In this document: piece by piece, positions 54,238 through 64,000 of the stretch
How positions within the stretch are numbered: the stretch's first letter is position 1
Layout of the letters: each line of letters opens with the position of its first letter
Origin: Eledone cirrhosa
Taxonomy: Eukaryota
Direction: 5' to 3'
Length of the DNA: 64,000 nt
NCBI GenBank assembly: GCA_964016885.1
Contig: OZ024743.1
Location: 87,978,001 to 88,042,000 of the forward strand
Translations under genes and position numbers: made by a program
The notes under the pieces: generated by a model
What the model was told of the DNA's origin: nothing
Database searches by the model: none
The model's input: only the letters and a program-made list of their open reading frames with translations

Positions 54238-54392
54238 TTAACCCTTTAGTTACCAACCCAGCCAAAACTGGCTCCGAAGTTACTATCTTAGTAATGAAAT
54301 AATTAATAATTTTCATAAACCCCCTCATAATTCTTCATTAATTAATTGAAACAGAGTGTATTTCATTAGAAATGCTGTCATGAAAGGGTTAA
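54238..54392. mobile_element. piggyBac-like MITE
   Basis: TTAA-cccttt ... aaaggg-TTAA. Confidence 0.7.
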
Positions 54393-54718
54393 AGAAAACC
54401 AGTTACCATTTCTTTAGTGTTTGCTAAGTCACCTCTAAGACAAGATATATTCCATCAATAACGTTTCCTGTGACATTTACATATGGACATGCCTCTCCGG
54501 TATCCGTCATTATCAAAAGAGCAGTGGAATACCGGGCTAAATAAATACCTCAGTGTATTTAGTTTCGTCCCACTCTCAGTATTCTGAATTCAAATACCTC
54601 CAAGTAAGGTTGATATAGTTGACTTATACCCTCTCTTCAAAATACGTCGTCTTATTGCAATGTAAAAAATTATCGTTGTTGCTGTTGTTTTTTTAATTTT
54701 TATTATTATTGTTATTAT

Positions 54719-55065
54719 TGGTGGATTGGCAATATCGGTAGAGCGTCGGACAACATGCTTTGCGGCATAGAGTTATGGCCGCCTACGTTCTGAGTTCAAA
54801 TCCCGCCGAAGTTAGCTTTGCCTTTCATCCTTACGGGGTCGATAAAATAAAGTACCAGTAATACACTGGAATCGATTTAATCGACTTTCCCCTCCCCCTT
54901 CACATTGCTGGCCTTGTGCCTAAAGTAGAAACAATTATTATGATGATGGATTGATAGAATTATTAATGCCGTCGGGCAAAAGGCTTTACGACGTTTAGTT
55001 ACGGCCCTTTATCTTCTGAGTTCAAATCACACCGAGGTCAACTTTCATCCTTTCAGAGGTCAATA
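54719..55065 (+). mobile_element. SINE family A, full copy plus older partial copy
   Basis: Consensus match. Confidence 0.85.
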
Positions 55066-55125
55066 ATACGGAGTAGAATGCTGTTCCGTCGATTGAACAA
55101 CTGGAACAAAAAAAGCGTGTGTGTA

Positions 55126-55162
<37 letters not shown>

Positions 55163-55516
55163 GTGTATATGTGTGCACGCGTGCGTGTGTGTTTTATAAC
55201 CAACAGTTCACCTGGTTTTGTTCGAGGTCAATTTTTGTGGGTGTATATATATATATATATAGGTGTGTGCGTGTGTGTGTGTGCCATATATACATAGATA
55301 TTAGCTTTGGTTTGTGTTCGATGCAGAAACTAAAAGTGAAGTACCGCTGCAATTAGCTGCGCTCTTTAGACCCTGTTTAGCAAGGTCTTGAATCTTTTAA
55401 CTTGATGTTGGCATTTACTGTAAGGTTACGGAAAGGTCGGCCATACTTGTGCATTTGTCTGACATTTGCAGATAGTTAAAAAGTAACAGCAATAAAAATG
55501 ATAATAATAATAATAA

Positions 55517-55760
55517 TTCTTTCTAACATTGGCACGAGGCCAGCTATATGGGGTAAGGGGAAAGTCGATTATATCGACCCCAGTACTTAACTGGTACTTT
55601 ATTTTATCGACCCCGGAAGGATGAAAGACAAAGTTGACCTCGGCGAGATTTGAACTCAGAATGTAAAATGTAACAAAAATGCCACAAAGTTCAAATCCCG
55701 CTGAGGTCAACTTTGCTTTCAAGTTTCCTGGGACGATAAAAAGTAAGTACCAGTCAACTA
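55517..55760. mobile_element. Two SINE A fragments head-to-head
   Basis: 55517-55680 minus, 55689-55760 plus. Confidence 0.7.
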
Positions 55761-56171
55761 CTGGGGGAGGTCGTTATAATCTCCCCCCCCCACCCCAAAA
55801 TCACCCCCCCCTCCCCTCATCCCCCAAAAAATTATTGGCTTTCTATCAATTTTACAATGAATTATGTTTTCAAGATTCATACGAACTCCAACCGCTAGAT
55901 GCCCCATCGTATTCCTACCAATAAAAATAATGACAGCAATGATGATGATGATGATGATGATTAGTGTTTGAAGCTGAGGGCGACGTCTTCTTCCTCTTTC
56001 TGTCACACACACTTACACGACACACTCACTCTCTCTATCCCTCTAAACAAATGACGTTCCTTTTCTCTCTCTATCTATCTACATATCTCTCGCTATATAA
56101 AGTGAGTGTAACGGACGGAGAGACACACAGCGCTCTTATAACACTATAGATTATTATTAGGACGGTAGAAA

Positions 56172-56603
56172 GGTGGTGGATTGGCAGTATCGGTAGAGGG
56201 TCGGACGCCATGCTTTGACGCATAGAGTTACGGCCCTTGCCATTCTGAGTTCAAATATACACACACGCACACGACGCGCGCGCGCACATGCCAGTTGAGT
56301 TTCACGCCGGTTTAGCATGCTTCACGACATAGAGTTACGGCCCTTCGAGTTCTGAGTTCAAATCCCGCCGAGGTTAACTTTGCCTTTCATCTTTACGAGG
56401 TCGATAAAATAAAGTACCAGTAATACACTAGGTTCGATTTATTCGACTTGTCCCTGCCTCCAAAATGGTTGGCCTTGTGCCTAAATCAGAAAACATCATC
56501 GAGGTTAACTTTGCCTTTCATCCTTACGGAGTTGATAAAATAAAGTACCAGTAATGCACTGGGTAATTGCTGGCCTTGTGCCTAAAGTAGAAACAATTAT
56601 TAT
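56172..56603 (+). mobile_element. SINE A interrupted by a headless SINE A variant (56257-56495)
   Basis: Head 56172-56256 resumes at ~56500 after the insert. Confidence 0.8.
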
Positions 56604-56621
56604 TATCATTAGGGTGGTAGG

Positions 56622-57202
56622 TGGTGATAGTGATGATGGTGGTGGTGGTGATGATGATGATGATAATAGTGATGGTGATGGTGATGATGATAATAGTGAT
56701 GATGATGATGATGATGATGATGATGGTGGTGGTGATGGTGATAATAGTGATGGTGGTGGTGGTAGTGATGATTATGATGATGATGGTGGTGGTGGTGGTG
56801 ATGATGATGATGATCATGATAGTGATGGTGGTGGTGATGATAATGATGATGATAGTGATGGTGGTGGTGGTGATGATGATGATAGTGGTGGTGGTGGTGG
56901 TGATGATGATAGTGATGGTGGTGGTGATGATGATGATGATAGTGATGGTGGTGGTGGTGGTGGTGGTGATGATGATAGTGGTGGTGGTGGTGGTGGTGAT
57001 GATGATGATAGTGGTGGTGGTGGTGGTGATGATGATGATAGTGGTGGTGGTGGTGATGATGATGATAGTGGTGGTGGTGGTGGTGATGATGATAGTGGTG
57101 GTGGTGGTGGTGATGATGATAGTGGTGGTGGTGGTGGTGATGATAGTGATAGTGGTGGTGGTGGTGGTGATGATAGTGATAGTGGTGGTGGTGGTGGTGG
57201 TG
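56622..57202. repeat. (GGT/GAT/AGT)n trinucleotide array
   Basis: Direct inspection. Confidence 0.95.
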
Positions 57203-57299
57203 AATGTTTGACGACAAGAACGCAGGAAAGCAGAAGAGCAAGCAGTGGCTGCTGAAAATGAGCAGCGTTGCAATCTGGAATGGCTCCAAGGATGTATTG

Positions 57300-57381
<82 letters not shown>

Positions 57382-57418
57382 ACACATCAACGCACATATA
57401 TACAGATGCACACATACT

Positions 57419-57462
<44 letters not shown>

Positions 57463-57537
57463 CGTACGTTTGTATATATGGTATATGTATATATGTACGT
57501 ATGTTTGTATATATATGACATGTTTGTGTGTATATAC

Positions 57538-57568
<31 letters not shown>

Positions 57569-57726
57569 AAGACACACATACATGCACACACACACACACA
57601 TATATATATATATGTGTGTATTTATATGTGTGTATATATATATGTGTGTATATGTGTGTATATATATGTGTGTGTGTGTGTGTGTATATGTATGTATATA
57701 TATATATATATGTATTTAGATTGGTG

Positions 57727-57757
<31 letters not shown>

Positions 57758-57937
57758 TTAGATATGTGCATATATCTATATATATATATAGATATATATA
57801 TATATTTATATATGTGTGTATGTATATATATATATATATATATATATGTATGAATGTATTTATATATCTGTGTATATATATATATGTATGTATGTATTTA
57901 TATATGTATATATATATATATGTGTGTGTGCATGTGC

Positions 57938-58020
<83 letters not shown>

Positions 58021-58023
<3 letters not shown>

Positions 58024-58149
58024 GATGATTTCTAATGAATGAAACAGTTCTAGTCCTGTAGAATCTCATCTATATTAAAACTTTTATACTCTGCTATGTA
58101 TTGAGTACCTTACTTACTGTGGTTACCTCCGATTCAACCCGGAATAACG
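58021..58149 (+). ncRNA. Family B hammerhead element, truncated at the core start, in (TA)n
   Basis: CTGATGA-t-ttc(taat)gaa-t-GAAA-cag(ttctagtc)ctg-TA-gaatc, then tail gtattgagtaccttacttactgtggttacctccgatt.aacccgg. Confidence 0.75.
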
Positions 58150-58235
58150 TATATATATATATATATATATATATATTATGAAATACTACTGGCTTCACGC
58201 TCACAATAATTTCTATACTTTAATTTATATATATA

Positions 58236-58335
<100 letters not shown>

Positions 58336-58467
58336 TACATATATACATGTATATGTATATATATGTATGTATATGTATATATATGGATATGGATTTGTAT
58401 ATATATACATATATATGTATATATATATATATGTATATGTATATGTATATATGTATATATATGTATA

Positions 58468-58552
<85 letters not shown>

Positions 58553-58566
58553 ATATATATATACAT

Positions 58567-58609
<43 letters not shown>

Positions 58610-58772
58610 TATTAGATATGTCTCACATGAAATAATACAGCCAATTCTCCACACAATACACTTAGTTAGCACCCCGGACGTTTAATTAGGAATATACTCA
58701 CTTATTTCCTAATGTTTGTTGAGTGAGTTGGGATTTGGCCGGAGTATCGCTAAAAAGCTTTCTCCGATATTG

Positions 58773-58854
<82 letters not shown>

Positions 58855-59111
58855 GAGAGAGAGAGAGCACCTGTTGAACTGTCTGTCTGTTGATGAGGAA
58901 CAAGCAACAAACGCCCATCATCAGCTGACGTCTTTTATTTTACGCCATCAATCTCAGCTGTAACTAAATTCCAGCACACATAAGGTGCTGCATTTATTTG
59001 ATTCAGCCTCAATAATCTGTGGTTGTTTCCAATCCTGGTCTAACCACCTGCTGTGAGGAAACAGAAATAGGATTGTCTAGCAACATAAAATGACCATATT
59101 TTACTTCTATA

Positions 59112-59950
59112 TTGCAGTGTATGACAGTGTATTACAATGTATGGCAGTGTATTACAGTCCTTTCAGTGTATGACAGTGTATTCCAATGTGTGACAGTGTA
59201 TTGCAGTCTTTTGTAGTGTATGACTGTGTATTCCAATGTATGACAGTGTATTGTAGTGTATGACAGTGCATTCAAATGTATGGCAGTGTATTTCAGTGTA
59301 TGCCAGTGTATACCAATTATATGGCAGTGTATTGCAGTCTTTGGCAGTGTATTCCGACGTCTGGCAGTGTGTGGCAGTGTATTCCGTTGTATGGCAGTGT
59401 ATACCAATGTATGGTAGTGTGTTGCAGTCTTTTGCAGTGTATTCCAATGTATGGCAGTGTATTGCAGTCTTTTGCAGTATATGACAATGTATTCCAATGT
59501 ATGGCAGTGTATTGCAGTCTTTTGTAGTGTATGACTGTGTATTCCAATGTATGACAGTGTATTGTAGTGTATGGCAGTGCATTCAAATGTATGGCAGTGT
59601 ATTTCAGTGTATGCCAGTGTATACCAATTATATGGCAGTGTATTGCAGTCTTTGGCAGTGTATTCCAGCGTCTGGCAGTGTGTGGCAGTGTATTCCGTTG
59701 TATGGCAGTGTATCCCAATGTATGGTAGTGTGTTGCAGTCTTTTGCAGTGTATTCCAATGTATGGCAGTGTATTGCAGTCTTTTGCGGTGTATGACAGTG
59801 TATTACAATGTATGGCAGTGTATTGCAGCCTAATTCTGTTGCAGTGTATGGCTGTGTCTGCATTTGTTGCAGCTTATTGCAGTTTGTTCTACAGTGTATT
59901 CCAATGTAACATGAAAGTGTAACATAAAGTGTATTGCAGTCTCCTGTAGT
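59112..59950. repeat. 10/20-bp satellite with ~311-bp higher-order duplication
   Basis: cagtgtat units; block at ~59150-59460 repeated at ~59460-59770. Confidence 0.85.
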
Positions 59951-59959
59951 GCATTTCAG

Positions 59960-60265
59960 TATGTTGTAGTGTACTGTAGTGTACAATGGTCTAGTTACTG
60001 CAGTGTACTGTAGTGTTGTGTAATACATTACAATGGTCTAGTTACTGCAGTGTACTGTAGTGTTGTGTAATACATTACAATGGTCTAGTTACTGCAGTGT
60101 ACTGTAGTGTTGTGTAATACATTACAATGGTCTAGTTACTGCAGTGTACTGTAGTGTTGTGTAATACATTACAATGGTGGAGTTACTGCAGTATGTTGCA
60201 GTGTACTGTAGTGTTGTGTAATACATTACAATGGTGGAGTTACTGCAGTATGTTGCAGTGTACTG
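59960..60265. repeat. 47-bp minisatellite
   Basis: acaatggtctagttactgcagtgtactgtagtgttgtgtaatacatt. Confidence 0.9.
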
Positions 60266-60320
60266 CTGTAATATTACACTGTAGTGTAACACCATAAACT
60301 ACAATATCGAGGGAGGAATA

Positions 60321-60600
60321 TCTTCTTCTTCTTCTTCTTCTTCTTCTTCTACTTCTTCTTCTTCTTCTTGAGAGTGTCAAGGGGGCAGAGTCCTCAAACA
60401 CTCCTTCCAGAGGGTCCTGTCAGAAGCAACCGTCTCCAACCACCTTACTCGGGGTTTACTCCTGGGTCTCTTGCTAGTTGGTTTTGTCTGTAAAATGTGT
60501 CCAGCGATTCTTTCCTGAGACATTCTAACCACATGCCTATAATATCAGAGCTGTGATCTCTCAATTCGGAGAAGTAGCGGCTCTACCTGGAGTGACTCAG
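60321..60600 (-). mobile_element. RTE-clade LINE 3' end with (GAA)n tail
   Basis: VEPLLLRIERSQL*YYRHVVRM..KRPRSKPRVRWLE..DRTLWK. Confidence 0.8.
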
Positions 60601-60810
60601 AAAGGAATAAGTTCTGTGCACTAAATAGATTTTCCTAACAATTAGAAGACAAAAACCTCCACAGTTAAAACGTTCTTACACCATGGTGTCTATAATGTTG
60701 GCCTAACTATATATATATATATATATATACATATATATAAAAGTATATATATATATATATATATATACATATATAATATAAGATCAAAAGATGGTTAAAA
60801 GAGTTCCATG

Positions 60811-60881
60811 TATTTTATTATGCGCATTTCAAAAACAAATATCATCATGGGATGATACTTGCGTTCCCATCAGATAAAATA
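60811..60881 (-). ncRNA. Type-I hammerhead with CUGAUGG core variant, in a (TA)n island
   Basis: tattttat-CTGATGG-gaac-gcaagtatcatc(ccat)gatgatatttgt-tttt-GAAA-tgcgca-TA-ataaaata; 8-bp stem I, palindromic stem III. Confidence 0.75.
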
Positions 60882-62064
60882 GGGAGACATGATATGAAGT
60901 TTAAAAAAACACCTGCGAGCAGTGAAGTGTTAAATCTACATATATATATATATATATATATATATCCGTATACATATACAAAATTTGGTTATATTCACAA
61001 CATTATCATCTGTCGAATACGCGTGGTTCGCAACATGGCTGAATGTTTCAGGAGTTTGCTTTGTAATCACTAGGTCTCTATACTAATGTCTCGGGTCAAT
61101 ACAAGGGAAACTGGGTAGGCTGAAAGTATACAGAAGCCCGTCGTAGGCCTTGTCGCATCCAATGTGTCCTTCCTTTTATTCAAGATGGTAAGATGTAGTT
61201 TGGTGGAAACCTGGCTACTATTTCTAATAGTCTAAGTGACTACGTTGAAGCTATCACCTTGGTAGGTACATGTGTACGTATATGTATATATAGTGTGTGC
61301 TGTGTGTATGCAAGGTTACGTGTATGTAGAGGTGTCTGTGTAGATGTGTCTATATGTTATGTGTAAGTGCATAGGGTTGTGTCTGTGTGTACATGTATGT
61401 GTGAGGTGCAAAGTAAATTGAGCGTGTAAAGAGAGGTAGAGAGATTAAGAGAATAAGCGAAAAGAATGGGGGGAGGAGGAAGAGGGGTATATGGAGAGAG
61501 GGTGGGGGACAGAAGAAATGACAAAAGAGTGAGAGAGGGGGGGGAGCAATAGAATAAGAAATTAGAGTGAGGGGGAGGGAAGAAAACAAAAACAAAAGTT
61601 TGAATTAGTTTGTTTATGTCAAAGGGGTTAGAGATGGTAGGGAGTTAGAATAGGGGAGTGTGAGTGTCACTTGGGGAGGGAGAGGCGAAGAGGGTGAGTG
61701 GTACTTGGTAAGGGAGAGTGAGGCAGTGTGAGTGTCACTTGGAGAAGGAGAGGAAGAAGGGTGAGTGTCACTTGATGAGTGAGAGAAGGGGAGTGTGAGT
61801 GTGGAAATGTGAGTGTGAGGGAGTCTAGAGAAGTTTCACCGCCATTAGAAGAAAGCTTTGTTACACACACACACATATATATATATATACAGAGAGACAG
61901 TCAGCTGTTTTTTGAACTACTAAATTCCACTGGGGTGCAGCACAAACCCCCCTCATGCACTCACACACACACACACACACACGTACGTATCTATATACAT
62001 ATATAGGAAGACACATGTGCACATATGTGTCTCTCTGTCTCCCCCCTCCCCTCTCTCTCTTTCA

Positions 62065-62126
<62 letters not shown>

Positions 62127-62892
62127 GGACACACACATGTGCACATCCACACACACACATATGTACACATACACGCATACGTGTATTGACTTACACTCCC
62201 AGACATGTTGCCAACTACTTAACTCCTGGCACCACCGCCACCACCACCAACACCACTACCACCACCACCACCAACACCACTACCACCACCACTACCCAAC
62301 ATCCCTCACACACAGCTACTTCCACCACCACCACCTCCACCACTACCCATCATCTCTCACACACCCAGATTCTCGTTACATCTTCTACATCACCAAATGC
62401 CTCTCACCTTTGCGTTATTTCCTCGTCGTGCCAGAGAGAGAGAGAGAGAGATAGAGAGAGAGAAGTGGGTGGCAGAAAGAAAGAGAAAGAGAGAGAGGGC
62501 GAGAATATCTATCTTGTCTGTAAATCATTAGTAAACTCGGAGTGTATGAAGAGACACGGATAGACTGCAGTGCTTTACAGTATTATACAGTATATTACGG
62601 TACATTACAGTACAGTGCACGGAGGAACTCTAAAGTAAACTACTGTCCACCACAGTGCACTCAAGCTAAGTCAGGGACGCTAAAATACAGTACAGGACAC
62701 TAAGGGGCACTACAGTACAGTAGAGTGCACTAAAGGACGCTAAAGTACACTAGAACACTGTCTGTGTGTCCCTCCATCATGTGTGATGACTCTCCGTTAC
62801 CTAGAAACATGGTGCTACCTTTTGGAACGACATTCGGCAAACAAAAGTAAGAGAAACTTTTGTCATTCCTTTCTGACTCTTTTCAGTGTGAG

Positions 62893-63260
62893 ATAACAAT
62901 AACAACAACAGTAACAATAACAACAACAATAACAATAACAACAACAGTAACAATAACAACAACAACAATAACAATAATAAAACAATATATCAATAACAAC
63001 AGCAACAATTACAACAACAACAACAATAACAACACAACAATAACAATAATAAAACAATATATCAATAACAACAGCAACAATTACAACAACAACAACAATA
63101 ACAACAGCAACAATAACAACAACAACAACAATAACAACAGCAACAATTACAACAATAACAACAGCAACAATAACAACAGCAACAATAACAACAACAACAA
63201 TAACAGCAACAACAATAACAGCAACAATAACAACAACAACAATAACAACAGTAACAACAA
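62893..63260. repeat. (AAC/AAT)n array
   Basis: Direct inspection. Confidence 0.95.
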
Positions 63261-64000
63261 TGGTTTCTTATATAGGCACAAGGCCAGCAATTTTGGGGAG
63301 GGGAAAGTCGATTAAATCGACCCCAGTGCGTGACTGGTACTTCATTTTATCGACCCCGTAAGGATGAAAGGCAAAGTTAACCTCGGCGGGATTTGAACTT
63401 AGATTATAAAGAGCGGTAACTCTGTGCTGCAAAGCATGGCGTCCGACCCTCTACTGATACTGCCAATCCACTGCCCTCAATAACAACAACAATAACAGTA
63501 GCAATAACAACAACAATAATAAAAACGACAATAACAAATACAAATATGACAACAATAACAATAGTAATAATAAACTTTACAATAATAACAACAACAATTT
63601 GGGGGGAGGTCAATTAAATTCACCTCAATATGTTACTGGTACTTTGTTTTATTGACACCAGAAGGAAATAAGAAGTCAAAATTGACCTCGGCGGGATTCC
63701 TAAACAGCCGTAAATAAATATCGCATTTTATCTGGCACAGGCACAAGGCTAATAATTGAGGGACGGGGGTGAAAGTCGATTAAATCAACCCAGTACGTTA
63801 CTAGTACTTTATTTTATCGACCCCGTAACATAATAATGATAATGATTGTTTCTGATTTAGGCACAAGGCCTACAATTTTGGCAGAAGGGAAAGTCGATTA
63901 AATCGATCCCATTGCGTTACTGGCACTTTATTTTATTGACCTCCTAACATAATAATAATAATAATAATTGTTTCTATTTTTGGGACAAGGCCAGCAATTA
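63260..64000 (-). mobile_element. SINE family A cluster: one full copy (63260-63476) and four 3' fragments
   Basis: Consensus match. Confidence 0.85.

Noticed and set aside
56554-57255. Gly/Asp-rich or poly-His protein
   Set aside because: It is a trinucleotide array, and the ORF start lies inside a SINE tail.

Overview
This is eukaryotic, AT-rich DNA saturated with microsatellites and interspersed repeats. Its repeat landscape suggests a coleoid cephalopod (Octopus-like), which is an inference. I find no intact host gene, rRNA, true tRNA or CRISPR array. Nearly all long ORFs in the track are translations of simple repeats, and only a few low-confidence exon candidates remain. Recognisable components are about 30 copies or fragments of a tRNA-derived SINE, remnants of RTE, R4/Dong and CRE-type LINEs, mariner, Helitron, piggyBac-like and Tc/pogo-like MITE pieces, and many minisatellites. 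The strongest signal lies in the short 'islands' between (TA)n tracts. They are repeatedly fold-back (inverted-repeat) elements with a one-sided tail. About 20 complete or partial type-I hammerhead-ribozyme motifs occur in them, from roughly 9-10 unrelated sequence families. This architecture matches the pseudo-LTRs of Penelope-like retroelements, but no Penelope RT/GIY-YIG ORF is visible here. Several hammerheads have 50-120 nt expansions of stem II or altered core bases. One element sits at the centre of a ~2.8 kb palindrome that duplicates flanking DNA and provides an internal empty/filled-site pair, supporting insertion into (TA)n. Another carries a copy of a nearby minisatellite in its loop. 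All structures were folded and aligned by eye, and coordinates of degenerate repeats are approximate.
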